Below are positions 27,385 through 38,049 of a stretch of DNA of 64,000 nucleotides, one piece after another. The notes under the pieces are model-generated. The model was given only the letters and a program-made list of their open reading frames with translations. It made no database searches and was not told the DNA's origin. The stretch is from positions 62,001 through 126,000 of the IMG/VR virus record IMGVR_UViG_3300037294_000266; one strand, 5' to 3'. The position numbers and the translations under genes were made by a program. Within the stretch, counting starts at the first letter, position 1, and every line of letters starts with the position of its first letter.

Positions 27385-28752
27385 TTATTTCTGTTCGTTA
27401 ACGAACGATGAATATTCAGGCGCTGTACGGTCTACCATCACCACCACTTCTGTAGTGACTTGGTGAATGCGCTGATGCATGCCTGTACCTGACAGTGCTG
27501 ATAAACCGTGCGTGTGCACAACAACACCATAAAGGAACTTGACTTCGTTGTTAACAAGGAATCCTACTTCACACTGCATTCCTGGAATAATGAGATCAGG
27601 GTCACTGTTCTCCCAGTGCATGGTAACGTAAGCTCCGTTACGTGCCGAGATCTTAGAGGCTTCTTGGAAAGCATTGGATGACGACACATCTTGGCTGACA
27701 CGCGTCATGGTAGGACCACGTCGAGCGACTGCGTCATACTCGTTTGCGTTGTTAGTTCTTTTTGCCACGGCTTTGTTATTACTGATTTCGAGGAATCCTT
27801 CCATCGCATTATCAGTGTTAGCAAACCGCGCTCCGTTACCGAGGTTAAGTAACATAGCCTCAGAGGGATCAGAACGACTCATGCCGCCCGTGATGAGGAT
27901 ATTGACAGTCTTGTCTACCTTACGCCACGTGCGTTCGATACCACGCGTTCTGGAACTGGGGGCGATGATGAACATCAATGTCCGTTCTGAGACATCGAAC
28001 AACTTGTAGTTATATAGAGGCCATACATACCAGAAGCCCTTCTGGAAATAACAACCAATGTCTGCTGTGTAGATCCCACCAAACTGGGTCTGCAACATCC
28101 CTGCCAGCGCAACCAGTGGAGTGCCATGTGGAATTACCAAATGGGCTCGTTTAGTTTTATTGTTCGGCGGGATAGCGTTGACTCCCAAGACAGCGTTTTC
28201 AATATCTGTCTTATAGTCAAGTGCCGTTTTATGCAGCAGCGATATAAGTACCTCAAACGGAACCGAATCTCTGAATACACCGCCCACTAACGTAGATCGA
28301 ATGAGTGCAAAGACTTCATCTTGCAATTGGACCGTGACAGTCTTGAGTCCCATGAGGTCAGCGGTATATTCACTCGCCACCTCTGGCCCGGAACTCATCA
28401 TAGCGCCTTCAGATTCCATGGGAAGGAACGCATCGAAGGTTTGCTCTAAGATGACATGTCCCGAATCCATTCCAGCCGAGTTGAGTTTTGTTCTCACCAC
28501 GGTGATCTTGAGATTCTCTTTAAACGGGGCGACCTGATGAAGATACTTGCCCCAAGGTACGACCAACTTTATCTGGATCTCGTCACCAGCCGCATTGCGA
28601 TAGTCACGAATCCAATCAACACTCACCACCGACATGGCTTCCAACGTACCCTTTTCAGTAACGAAGGTTGCAGTGTACTTGTAATAAGCCTCGGTACCTA
28701 ACTGGGTGATCAATGCTGCTTCAGCACCCAGTGGTGTGTTTTGGAATTCCAT
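27385..28752 (-). CDS. Virion structural protein (phiKZ gp101-like; possible tail/baseplate hub)
   Basis: 455 aa. Position at the end of the gp82-gp101-like syntenic block. Function is inferred. Confidence 0.65.
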   Translation of the reverse strand: MEFQNTPLGAEAALITQLGTEAYYKYTATFVTEKGTLEAMSVVSVDWIRDYRNAAGDEIQIKLVVPWGKYLHQVAPFKENLKITVVRTKLNSAGMDSGHVILEQTFDAFLPMESEGAMMSSGPEVASEYTADLMGLKTVTVQLQDEVFALIRSTLVGGVFRDSVPFEVLISLLHKTALDYKTDIENAVLGVNAIPPNNKTKRAHLVIPHGTPLVALAGMLQTQFGGIYTADIGCYFQKGFWYVWPLYNYKLFDVSERTLMFIIAPSSRTRGIERTWRKVDKTVNILITGGMSRSDPSEAMLLNLGNGARFANTDNAMEGFLEISNNKAVAKRTNNANEYDAVARRGPTMTRVSQDVSSSNAFQEASKISARNGAYVTMHWENSDPDLIIPGMQCEVGFLVNNEVKFLYGVVVHTHGLSALSGTGMHQRIHQVTTEVVVMVDRTAPEYSSFVNEQK

Positions 28753-28769
28753 AGGACACTCTCATGTAG

Positions 28770-29360
28770 TTAACGGCCTTTCTTACGTTCCGCTAACATT
28801 TGCTCAATTGAGTTCATGGCAGCGCCAGTGTCTTCGACAATAGCCCCGACACCCGTCGGATTGAACAGCTCAGCAATCCCTTCACCCATACCGAACAAAG
28901 CAGACACTCGTTTCAGATGAGGGACGTCCTGTACTTTTGGCTTGAACCCTTTAACCTGATTTTGGATCGTCTGACAATAATCCGACATCAGGTAGAGTGA
29001 TTCGAGAGGAGCGTTCTTTACGTTCGGATCGTTATTGACATGGCGCGCCCAGAAATGAAGGTGTGCAGTAAGGACTTCGTAGATTGTCACGAGATCCTTA
29101 CCATCGCGCATCTTAATGTCCGCCCCTTTTTCATAGAGGCGTAAGATGTCTTCAATTGTCCCGCCGATGTCAACGTATTCATTCATCACGGCTTGGTTCA
29201 ATGCTTTAGAACCTGTATCGAGATGACCGACTGTTTTGTTGTACTCTTTCGAATACCGATAATAGCCGGGTATAGCGTACAAATACGTCTTGTTGAAGAT
29301 ATGCTTACGCACAGCTTCTGGACTGCTTAGATCAACAGTCGAGGCGGGAACTTGGCTCAC
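28770..29360 (-). CDS. Conserved phiKZ-like protein (gp100-like)
   Basis: 196 aa, synteny. Confidence 0.6.
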   Translation of the reverse strand: MSQVPASTVDLSSPEAVRKHIFNKTYLYAIPGYYRYSKEYNKTVGHLDTGSKALNQAVMNEYVDIGGTIEDILRLYEKGADIKMRDGKDLVTIYEVLTAHLHFWARHVNNDPNVKNAPLESLYLMSDYCQTIQNQVKGFKPKVQDVPHLKRVSALFGMGEGIAELFNPTGVGAIVEDTGAAMNSIEQMLAERKKGR

Positions 29361-30754
29361 TTGATTCTCCTCCGGTACACGCGCAGCAGGGTGAACAGAA
29401 TCGGGAAGTAATAGAACCTCTCGACGTTATCCCAGCGCGGGGCACCTTTACATAGGTCGTCCAACATCTTGATGTCAATCGCTTGGCCCTTAAGAGCAGC
29501 CATCGTCAATGTTTCAAGCTTGGACAGTTTGGTTTCGGGCGTGTGTAAGTAGAAGTCTTCACTAAGAACATAGAAGTCGTCTACCGTCACCTGCTTAATC
29601 TGAGGGGCACGATCGGGCGATACAGCCTGATAAATCTCAAGCGTTGGATCCATTACCAGATCAGTGCGGCACAGTCGATTCAATTCACGGAACCGAGCAT
29701 GACCACGCACTAACTTGTTAAGACTTGGATCTAACGGAGGACAATACCCTGAATCTACATAGGTAGGGGACATGTCAGGATAAATAACTGCCCTCACGCC
29801 CGTGTAGTAAATGCTGTTCAATGTAGGACGTCCATTGAAGAAACACCCTACCCCAACAATACCTGCATGATGGATACTCATGCTCAGCATAGCGTGGTCC
29901 ATCGATTCCAGACAGTTCCAGAACGTGAACTCGTACATCGCCTGATCGCCCTGGACGTTGAACTCTGTCAGGTGGCGCATCATTGGATGATCGTCGGTGG
30001 TCAGGATGGTCTTGATATACCGAATCAGGAATGGATCGTACGTTGTCATTGGCTGATTCGGAATCAACAGTGTCTTCAGGTCACGGGAATAGAAGTCGTG
30101 GAAGTAAAGAGTAATCAAACGCCCGTAATGTTCCTTCAGGTTATTGATACTCTCGGTCTGATCTTCCGACAGCATTGGATCACTGCCAGACTCTAAGAAG
30201 TCTTTATGGAACACTGACGTCTGTTGAGTCTTTGCTTCTAGCTCTGCACGTAACTCAGCAGAACTCAGTCGGGTTACGATGTATTCAATCTCGTAGACCG
30301 CTGAATTGTAGTGAGAAAGCTTACGCGTGCTGGTGACAGTCAATAATCCTTCACGTCCATCACCGATATCAGCCAAGAACACTTCACCTTCAGTCGGAAC
30401 CACTACGCCATAGACGTTAGCCGTGCCTGTGATAGAGAAGTCCTTGGTATCTCCATCCTGAGATGACGACAGCGGAGACGTGACCTTCAGTTCAAGTCCT
30501 TTGATCTGATGATACTGTTGATACACGGGATGTAGTGCTGATTCGAATGGACGGGAGTCGTCGTCCTTGCCACGAATACGTGAGAAGTAGTCGACGTCCC
30601 ATGCCTGACCAGCCACGTAGGTAGTCAGGATGTCCAAGCGTACGGCTGACGTATCGACAACAGCACTGGAATACGACTTAGGTTGTACCGTTACAGGTTT
30701 GACAACAGGTTCTTTTACCGTGGTGTCTATGTTACCGTGTTGTGGGACTGGCAT
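29357..30754 (-). CDS. Virion structural protein (gp99-like)
   Basis: 465 aa, synteny. Confidence 0.65.
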   Translation of the reverse strand: MPVPQHGNIDTTVKEPVVKPVTVQPKSYSSAVVDTSAVRLDILTTYVAGQAWDVDYFSRIRGKDDDSRPFESALHPVYQQYHQIKGLELKVTSPLSSSQDGDTKDFSITGTANVYGVVVPTEGEVFLADIGDGREGLLTVTSTRKLSHYNSAVYEIEYIVTRLSSAELRAELEAKTQQTSVFHKDFLESGSDPMLSEDQTESINNLKEHYGRLITLYFHDFYSRDLKTLLIPNQPMTTYDPFLIRYIKTILTTDDHPMMRHLTEFNVQGDQAMYEFTFWNCLESMDHAMLSMSIHHAGIVGVGCFFNGRPTLNSIYYTGVRAVIYPDMSPTYVDSGYCPPLDPSLNKLVRGHARFRELNRLCRTDLVMDPTLEIYQAVSPDRAPQIKQVTVDDFYVLSEDFYLHTPETKLSKLETLTMAALKGQAIDIKMLDDLCKGAPRWDNVERFYYFPILFTLLRVYRRRIK

Positions 30755-30756
30755 GG

Positions 30757-32388
30757 CTACACCTTATTTCGTTTGAGTGCGACAATGGTAAGGATCTCGA
30801 CGTATGGCACGTCCATACGGAAACCAAAGTTGTCGTCATTATCAAGCCAAGTATCGCTAGGGTAGCGATTGTTGTTGTTAGTTCCGGTGGGTGTATCGAC
30901 TCCACCATATTGCTGATGGCGCATCCAACCGAAGAACCGCTTGATGTACGAGATACTCAACTTACCGTCTTCAGTCATGTGATTCTGATACGCATCCTCC
31001 ACATCAAGGCGGTTGACCACAGATTGGAAGAGCTTCAGTGCCACGATACCATTCTCATGAAGATCCATGAGTGCCTGTTCGGTATACTTCTCGATCTCTG
31101 TACAGAAACTGAGACGCATGTGGTACGACTGGCGAAGATCAACTGGTTCGGTTGTCTCGACTGTAAAGGCGGTAGGTGTCAACTTGATAGACAGTACACC
31201 ATCAGCGACAGGTTCTTTCCCACGGTAGATACCGAAGTGGAACGGAGACTGTCCTAACGTTACCATCTTAGATCCCTGAGCTCGCATGAACGCCATGACA
31301 TCTTCAGAGAAGTTGGCTCCTTGAATATCGGCTTCATCCAACGCTAAGACCATGTTCTTCTGACTGAACACCACCATCCAGTTAATGAGAGATGTGGTGT
31401 AAGGCCGTACCGAGTCAGGAATCCATTCGTCGTATTCAGGAATGCACTGACCACCTAGCGCTTTACGTGGTATTCGAGCAAGAAGGTCAAAGTGATCCAG
31501 CGCAAACCGGTAATCACTCTTATACGTCGGGAGTGCCAATGGGTCTTCTGTACGCTCACGCAATACAATGAAGTCTGGTGCGATGAGTTGGTTGTGTACA
31601 ATCTGAGGATAAACCACATTCAAGCTAACAGGCTTGTGATAACTGAACTTGTAATTGAATTGAACAAGGTAGCTAGGGCCGCTCTCGTTCTTCTCTTCCT
31701 CTATTGGCAACTCGAAATCAAACCACCCTTGAATACCGACTTGTTTCTCGCCGATTACAAGGAGTGTATTCCGGTCGTCTCCACCCTGAGTGGTCAAGAC
31801 TTTTGCACGTTTGGTGTAATGTAGCTGAAGATAATCGCCTAGCTTGTCACCATACCCTGCCTGAGCCTCTCTAAGCTCGTACACGTGCTTTAAGAGCATT
31901 GAGCAGAAGTCTGGTACCGGGAAGTGGTAATCGGCCTCGTGGAGGTGTGCCTGGCGGTTGTCAGCCATTCGTACTTTTACGTCGTCACGCCATACAGCAG
32001 CTTCTTGTTTCGACTTAGCGCGGTAGGTAAAGTTAAGCTCCATCTCTGTAGCACTGTAGATCGGCTTGATGTGAATGCCGATGTTAGGGTCTGCAAAGAT
32101 AGGTTGGGCATATGGGTGTCTGACTTCAGCGTTGATTACTTCGGAGTCGACATACGTTTCACGGAACGAGACAATGACACGTCCATCATGAATCAGGCGC
32201 AGATCGGGAGTGTTGAGGTCGCCGATCTCTGTACCAGGTTGTGCGGCTTTCTGTTGTTCACCACGGATCTCAACTCGAGTTGTCTTATCGAGACTAGTGA
32301 TGTGGATTATTTTGTCAATTACCGATTTGGCAACTGGGCGAGATACCGAATCCAAGGTATTCTCGATAGGGATCAGAAGGTTGGGCAT
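30757..32388 (-). CDS. Virion structural protein (gp98-like)
   Basis: 543 aa, two TATG motifs upstream, synteny. Confidence 0.65.
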   Translation of the reverse strand: MPNLLIPIENTLDSVSRPVAKSVIDKIIHITSLDKTTRVEIRGEQQKAAQPGTEIGDLNTPDLRLIHDGRVIVSFRETYVDSEVINAEVRHPYAQPIFADPNIGIHIKPIYSATEMELNFTYRAKSKQEAAVWRDDVKVRMADNRQAHLHEADYHFPVPDFCSMLLKHVYELREAQAGYGDKLGDYLQLHYTKRAKVLTTQGGDDRNTLLVIGEKQVGIQGWFDFELPIEEEKNESGPSYLVQFNYKFSYHKPVSLNVVYPQIVHNQLIAPDFIVLRERTEDPLALPTYKSDYRFALDHFDLLARIPRKALGGQCIPEYDEWIPDSVRPYTTSLINWMVVFSQKNMVLALDEADIQGANFSEDVMAFMRAQGSKMVTLGQSPFHFGIYRGKEPVADGVLSIKLTPTAFTVETTEPVDLRQSYHMRLSFCTEIEKYTEQALMDLHENGIVALKLFQSVVNRLDVEDAYQNHMTEDGKLSISYIKRFFGWMRHQQYGGVDTPTGTNNNNRYPSDTWLDNDDNFGFRMDVPYVEILTIVALKRNKV

Positions 32389-32434
32389 TGGGGTGCTCCC
32401 CGGTTGATGAACTTCGTCATAAAATCGGCATAAA

Positions 32435-32454
32435 GAGGAGGCCGAGACCTCCTC
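32435..32454. terminator. Intergenic stem-loop
   Basis: GAGGAGG-CCGAGA-CCTCCTC. Confidence 0.6.
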
Positions 32455-32460
32455 CGTATG

Positions 32461-33876
32461 TTAACGGTTGACTGCCACGTAACCTTTCAACTGTTCTTCG
32501 AGATTGTACAAGGTACCGTCGATGAAACGGAAGTAAGGCGCACGCAGGCTCTCGACACTGTAGTAGGCTTTGTCGAGGAAGGTGAACATTGCAGTTACAC
32601 CCACATCAAACCCACGCCACAGTTCGTTGCTCATGTGACTGAACTCAACGTTACTAACCATCGCCCACAACCGCTCATAAACTTCAGACGCTTCGTACCA
32701 CGCCTGACACAGTTCATTGTAGTAATCGAAATCACTCGCTGCGGCGTCACCAAGAATATCGGCCAATTCATTAGTGACTTCACTAAGAGCTGCCACATTT
32801 GCGTAACGGGTGTCGCACATGCCGTTCAGTCGAGGCTTACTTGGAGTAGCTGGCATTTCAACCAAGGTAACCAGTTCCATGATCCACTCGACATCACGGT
32901 AGCGGCTACGGTAGCCAACCGCTCCATCAAAGAATGTCAAGCCAGCGATTTCCTTAAGGCCATTTGCGATCTTAGCCGCCGGAAGAGGAGCGCCCACCTC
33001 TTTAAACAACTTGTGAAGTGCATCAGACGCTGAGATCTCATCACGCATGGTGAGGATGTTGGCAATCGAATCTGCAAGGGCATCCGAACGCTTGACAGCG
33101 TCTGGGTGGATCTCGGTGATAGCCTTCTTGAGAAGCCCAATCACTTTCTGGCCTGATGATTTAACAGCAGCGCTAGAGATTTCAACCGCCTTGCCATCAA
33201 AGTACATCTGCCCGACCATCCGACCGTCAAGACGCATTCCTTTAGCAGGAACACCGTAGTCAGCAGGGAGATTGGTGATGCGAGCTGTGATTGCAGCCAG
33301 GCGCTTATCGAACATGGCACGGGAATGAATGCCACGACGCATGGCAATTGTCATGTTCTGGAATTTCTCCTTGATCCACGTCTTCAATCGGCTCAGAAGA
33401 GTCTTCAGGAAGTCACCCAGACCTTCCATAGAAGCACTGGTCAACTGACCGTCTTCAGCTACCAGTACTGGTGGGGTGCAGTCACCCGCTTGCTGAGCAA
33501 TGTTGGCAAGAGCTGTGTTAGCCATGGCCACATCGCCCGCGTCCAGACTTTCCATGGAGGTGATTACACCTGCCATTTCCATACCGGCCGAGATGTTCTG
33601 GATGGTACCTGAGATCTCACTGAGATCACGACGCATGGCAGCGTGTTCTTCTTCGTTCTTGACGATGTAGTCTGTGCAGACTTCACGACAGGCTTCTTCG
33701 CTATTATAGCGTTCGGCTGTGACGTGTTCAAGGACCTCAGCAGAAATGGTATCTGCAGTGATTACCGTCAGGCCTTCGACAGGACCTGGGGTTTCTTCAG
33801 CCACACCGACTTCACTGGAAAGTGCGCGGAGATCCTGCAATGATTCTTGCAGAATGGATTCGAGACTCGATTTCAT
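32461..33876 (-). CDS. Internal head / inner-body family protein (phiKZ gp93-97-like)
   Basis: Acidic propeptide with SLE and SME sites, then GLGDFLKTLLSRLKTWI helix. Confidence 0.75.
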   Translation of the reverse strand: MKSSLESILQESLQDLRALSSEVGVAEETPGPVEGLTVITADTISAEVLEHVTAERYNSEEACREVCTDYIVKNEEEHAAMRRDLSEISGTIQNISAGMEMAGVITSMESLDAGDVAMANTALANIAQQAGDCTPPVLVAEDGQLTSASMEGLGDFLKTLLSRLKTWIKEKFQNMTIAMRRGIHSRAMFDKRLAAITARITNLPADYGVPAKGMRLDGRMVGQMYFDGKAVEISSAAVKSSGQKVIGLLKKAITEIHPDAVKRSDALADSIANILTMRDEISASDALHKLFKEVGAPLPAAKIANGLKEIAGLTFFDGAVGYRSRYRDVEWIMELVTLVEMPATPSKPRLNGMCDTRYANVAALSEVTNELADILGDAAASDFDYYNELCQAWYEASEVYERLWAMVSNVEFSHMSNELWRGFDVGVTAMFTFLDKAYYSVESLRAPYFRFIDGTLYNLEEQLKGYVAVNR

Positions 33877-33888
33877 GCCAGCACCTAT

Positions 33889-35148
33889 TTATTGATTATG
33901 AAGTGACTTACGAGCGTAAGTCAACAGATTGCGAGAAACGGTTAGCAGGTTGGTAGTCATCTGATCTACCGGACCAATAGCCATGTTTGCGTACGACCGT
34001 ACAAAACGAATGGTGCTCTGATCAAACGTATCACCGCCATCCAGAATGTTCTGATATCGTTCGCCAGCACGCAGGACGTTCTTGATCTGACTTTCAATGC
34101 GGTTGAATGCCATGACACGTTCCTGGGCATCAATCATGTCGAGAATTTCTACGACACGCTTACCAATGAGTTCTACCTGCTGACCGGAAGCTGTCTTCAC
34201 AATGCCACTCAGCGTGTTGCTGACGTTGACATTGGACATGGAGAACTTAACGCCCGTGGTGCGGAGCGCTTGTGCAAAAGCAATCGGATCAGACTCTAGC
34301 CCATCGCGTGCATCTGACTCGATTGTCAGGAAGAACATCGTCCAGCCACCAATGATCGGCGGAGCAGCCAGAACAAGACGGTTACCAAAGCGAGAGTCGC
34401 GATACGCCATGGCACGCATCTTAGATGCGATAGTGGTCACTGGAGAATCGTTGAACACACCGCAGACTTCTGAAAGGAGTTCTCGACTCACTTTACCACT
34501 GCCAAGCGCCCGTTCAAACTTCTTACCCATCTCAAGCATTGCAGGACCGTAACTTGAGGTCATTGCTTTGTATTGCTCAAGGGCTGCACTGACAGCACGA
34601 ATGATACTGTCAGGATCGCCTAAGGTATTAGAACCAACGATGAATGATTTGATCTCAATGCCAAGCTGCACATCTTGGTTCTTAATACTTGTGTTACGTC
34701 GAACTGCCCCATGCTTCTGGATATGTTCGGCTGAGAGGCGTAACTGTCCCCGATAGGTCGATACACTTGCCCAGAAGTTCTTTACGAACTGTACGATGGA
34801 AAGCACCATCGAGACAATGCGCTTCCACAGTTCACGGGTGAGGTCTTTGAGCGACTCTGTAGAAACAATACCTTGCTCGTGAGACTCAAGCGATGGGATG
34901 ATGTCATTTACAGTGATGCCAGTGCCCGAGACAAGGTTCTCGAAGCTGACCTTAATGGCTTGTTTGTGACCTGGAGAGACGACTTCATTACTGTCCAGGT
35001 GTGCGATCAGAGATTCCAAAGAATCTGCTGCATCTAAAAGGGACTCCATCTGAACCTTGGCATCGGTCAAATCACGATGAGCTTCCAGTACGTTGAATAG
35101 TCCCTCGTTCTCGAGGCCTGTAAGTTCAGGCAGTTGTTCATCAGACAT
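33889..35148 (-). CDS. Internal head / inner-body family protein
   Basis: SLE and STE sites, LWKRIVSMV helix, C-terminal LLTYARKSL. Confidence 0.75.
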   Translation of the reverse strand: MSDEQLPELTGLENEGLFNVLEAHRDLTDAKVQMESLLDAADSLESLIAHLDSNEVVSPGHKQAIKVSFENLVSGTGITVNDIIPSLESHEQGIVSTESLKDLTRELWKRIVSMVLSIVQFVKNFWASVSTYRGQLRLSAEHIQKHGAVRRNTSIKNQDVQLGIEIKSFIVGSNTLGDPDSIIRAVSAALEQYKAMTSSYGPAMLEMGKKFERALGSGKVSRELLSEVCGVFNDSPVTTIASKMRAMAYRDSRFGNRLVLAAPPIIGGWTMFFLTIESDARDGLESDPIAFAQALRTTGVKFSMSNVNVSNTLSGIVKTASGQQVELIGKRVVEILDMIDAQERVMAFNRIESQIKNVLRAGERYQNILDGGDTFDQSTIRFVRSYANMAIGPVDQMTTNLLTVSRNLLTYARKSLHNQ

Positions 35149-35215
35149 GGCAGATGCTCGTGTTAGAGATTGAGTTTATAATTCACCATAGAATTCGGTG
35201 AAACGAATAAAATAA

Positions 35216-35245
35216 ACATCAGCCCGGAATGAACCGGGCTGATGT
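35216..35245. terminator. Intergenic stem-loop
   Basis: ACATCAGCCCGG-AATGAA-CCGGGCTGATGT. Confidence 0.75.
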
Positions 35246-35278
35246 ATTCATTACAACAACTATCCGACCGGGGGTCGA

Positions 35279-36511
35279 TTAGTTGTAAGCAGCCATCGCT
35301 TTCTTAGCGAAGCCGAACGATGCTTTAGCAGCGTTAGCTGCGTAGGACATGTAGGCTGGGCCCAGGCCGCTGGACATGCGGTAGATCGATTTGAACTGCT
35401 TCAAGCTGTCGCGATAAGAAGCAGCTTCTTCTTTATCGTAATCGGCAGTCTTGACCAGCTTGTCTTGAGCAGCGATAAACGCGTCGAGTTCTTTCTGAAG
35501 CGCTTTGAAGTGCTTCTTATCGAACTCAGCGATCATGCGGCCGACGGCGATGATTTCGTTGGCGATAGCTTTAATTTCGTTCTTATTAGGAACGGCAACT
35601 TCGCTTTCTTTGCCATCGAATTCAGCAGCAGTATTCAACTTGAACACGTTTGCAGTGGTGTCGAATGCGATCATGCGGCCGCCAGGGAGTTTTACGTCCA
35701 TTGGAATGCCTGGGAATACTTTCTTGCCGTATTCAACGCCTTCTTCGAAACCGGCAGTCGCCGAACCCGACATGAAGCGACCGGCCAAGGCTTTGACTTC
35801 GCTTGCAGCATGGCTGGTGGCAGCCGATACTTTTACGCCGTTGGTCAGGATGTCTTTCAGCTTGCCGGCTACAGAGCCTTCAACCTTGCCATCAATGTGC
35901 AGGTACTTACCAGCACCGCCCATCGATACTTTCTTGTCGCCAGGCTCGCCAGACAGGCTGTTAGCCGAAGACTTCAGCTGGTTGCCAGCAACCATCAGGG
36001 CTTCGCCAGATTTGCCGATGGTCTGGATGAACTTAACCACGGCCTGGTAGGCAGACGTGATTGCATTCTTGACAGCATTCCAGATCTTGGCCAGAAGGTC
36101 TTTGGCGCCTTGCATGGCTTCCAAAGAAGCTTGCAGTTTGTCGCCAGTGCCGCCGAAGGATTCAACGGAAACGCTGTACTGGCTGCCATCGATAGGCAGA
36201 CGGCGAACGGCGTTAACCATGGCGCGGCCATGAACGTCAGCAGCCTGAGGATTCATGCCGCCGTCAGCGATGGCAGATTCCAGAGAAGCGATCAGAGATT
36301 CCAGGCTTTCAGCAGCGCCTTCCAGATCTTCAACAGCGTCATCGTGTTCTTCAACACTGTCAGCGCCGTCACGAACTTCTTCGAGGATCTCGTCGATCGC
36401 TACGGTGGTTTCTTCGGTGACCGGGTTCAGTTCAGCAGTTTCGCCTTCACCGTCCAAGGACTCCAAGGACGAGATGGCCAGTGCAGAGGCGAGAATAGAG
36501 TTACGCATCAT
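35279..36511 (-). CDS. Major internal head protein (phiKZ_IP family, gp93-like)
   Basis: Several SLE/SVE sites, LAKIWNAVKNAI helix, C-terminal FAKKAMAAY, strongly biased codons. Start revised to 36511. Confidence 0.8.
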   Translation of the reverse strand: MMRNSILASALAISSLESLDGEGETAELNPVTEETTVAIDEILEEVRDGADSVEEHDDAVEDLEGAAESLESLIASLESAIADGGMNPQAADVHGRAMVNAVRRLPIDGSQYSVSVESFGGTGDKLQASLEAMQGAKDLLAKIWNAVKNAITSAYQAVVKFIQTIGKSGEALMVAGNQLKSSANSLSGEPGDKKVSMGGAGKYLHIDGKVEGSVAGKLKDILTNGVKVSAATSHAASEVKALAGRFMSGSATAGFEEGVEYGKKVFPGIPMDVKLPGGRMIAFDTTANVFKLNTAAEFDGKESEVAVPNKNEIKAIANEIIAVGRMIAEFDKKHFKALQKELDAFIAAQDKLVKTADYDKEEAASYRDSLKQFKSIYRMSSGLGPAYMSYAANAAKASFGFAKKAMAAYN

Positions 36512-36544
36512 TATCTTGTTGCTCCGTGTTTGCAAACAAAGGAA

Positions 36545-36580
36545 GAGATAAGGGTTCACCTAGGACGGAGCCCTTATCTC
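36545..36580. terminator. Intergenic stem-loop followed by a TATG motif on the minus strand
   Basis: GAGATAAGGGTTC...GAGCCCTTATCTC. Confidence 0.65.
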
Positions 36581-36610
36581 GCACACCATAGGTGTAATTT
36601 TACAGAGCAC

Positions 36611-37138
36611 CTAAGCGGCGTCTGAACGCTCGTGCCAGCCGTCTGGCAATGACCCTGCAATCAAGTGCAGACACACTACCAGATCAGTCAGACCGTCTTC
36701 ACGACCTAGCCAGGCTGAGATAATCTCGCCCTTGGATGCAGTGAACATCCAGCCGTAATCGTTCTCGCGGACCAACTTGCCAGCATCAACCGAAATCCGA
36801 TCTTTAGGATGGAACACCATCAGATCACGGTAGTTTTCAAGCGCCAGGGCTCGAGTCTTACCGTTGATAAAGTTGAGCGTGGAAATGGAGAAGTTCAATA
36901 CCCAGTTCGACTGAAGTTCTTTCAACTGATTAAGCAGAATGAACTGACCGGAACGGGTGAACAGTACTTGCTTCGCAGCTACGACAACATCTTCGAGATA
37001 ATCGAAATCATGCTCGAACCCATTGATGCTCTCCATGCGATGGTAGAGCTTGTCAATGAGGGGAAGGTCGATGAAACCTTCTGGATGTTGGGACGTGGTG
37101 TCCAAGATGAAGCCGCGATGAGTTTTAATCACGCTCAT
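36611..37138 (-). CDS. Conserved phiKZ-like protein (gp91-like)
   Basis: 175 aa, synteny. Confidence 0.6.
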   Translation of the reverse strand: MSVIKTHRGFILDTTSQHPEGFIDLPLIDKLYHRMESINGFEHDFDYLEDVVVAAKQVLFTRSGQFILLNQLKELQSNWVLNFSISTLNFINGKTRALALENYRDLMVFHPKDRISVDAGKLVRENDYGWMFTASKGEIISAWLGREDGLTDLVVCLHLIAGSLPDGWHERSDAA

Positions 37139-38022
37139 CCGTACTTAGCCTCCATCTTAGCGATCTTCTCGGCTGTCTGGTTCAAGAACCGCTCGTACTT
37201 GCCGATGGTACTTTCCAACTGGGCATCGCTCTTGCCTTCTGCTTGAAGACGGAGTTGTTCGATACGCAACTGGATAGAACGAGCATCTTCTTTCAGACGA
37301 TCGTATTTAGCGACTTGCATCTGAGCACGCCAAATACCAATAGCCATGGCCACATCGCTGACGATAGGTACAAAGTTATTCTTCAGAGGGTCGAGTTTAG
37401 CCAGACCCACCTGAGGAGCAATGACCTTGTCGTCGTCTTCACCGATACTGATCTCAGGTATCGATTCGATGAGGGAGGCAATTTCACGAGAAGGGCGCGA
37501 GAAGGTTTGCAGCAAGGTAATGAACGCACGGCGGTTATCTTTAAGCCATGCCAGCTCAGGCCGAGGACGTTCTTGGCCTTCTGGATGTTCTTTAGATACC
37601 AGTGACGCTTCTGCCACAAGGATATAATGGAGCAACTGCATCGAGTAGTTGACCACGAAGTCCATGTAACCTAACGTACGTAGGAGTTCTGCACGACGGT
37701 AGGTAATGCCTTCTATCACGATGTCCTTACCGTAACTCTTCTCGACGATAGCGCCTAAGAGTTCTGCGGTAATGGACATGTTCGCCAGCACCTGACGAAT
37801 GTAGCCAAAAGCTGTCATGCGCGGTGGAAGACGGACGCCCTTGCTAAGGTCGGATTCGAAGTCCTTGCCTGCTTTCGACTTGAGGGTCGGAAGACCTGTC
37901 TCAGCATTCATGAACGTTTCGATTGCCTTCTGCAGACCTTGTGTAAAGATACGCATACGTTCTTTCAGTTCGTCCTTGGTGAAGGACGCCGCCAGCTGAC
38001 GGACGTAGTCGAGGATTCGCAT
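37135..38022 (-). CDS. Virion head protein (gp90-like)
   Basis: 295 aa, helical with C-terminal coiled coil, synteny. Confidence 0.65.
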   Translation of the reverse strand: MRILDYVRQLAASFTKDELKERMRIFTQGLQKAIETFMNAETGLPTLKSKAGKDFESDLSKGVRLPPRMTAFGYIRQVLANMSITAELLGAIVEKSYGKDIVIEGITYRRAELLRTLGYMDFVVNYSMQLLHYILVAEASLVSKEHPEGQERPRPELAWLKDNRRAFITLLQTFSRPSREIASLIESIPEISIGEDDDKVIAPQVGLAKLDPLKNNFVPIVSDVAMAIGIWRAQMQVAKYDRLKEDARSIQLRIEQLRLQAEGKSDAQLESTIGKYERFLNQTAEKIAKMEAKYG

Positions 38023-38049
38023 GTTCCTAGTTCCTTAATTGGGGAGTGA

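Noticed and set aside
35465-36625. 386-aa plus-strand ORF, and other long antisense ORFs (10430, 22829, 23583, 32458, 44159, 63230)
   Set aside because: Shadows of strongly codon-biased minus-strand genes. They have no motifs and no RBS support.
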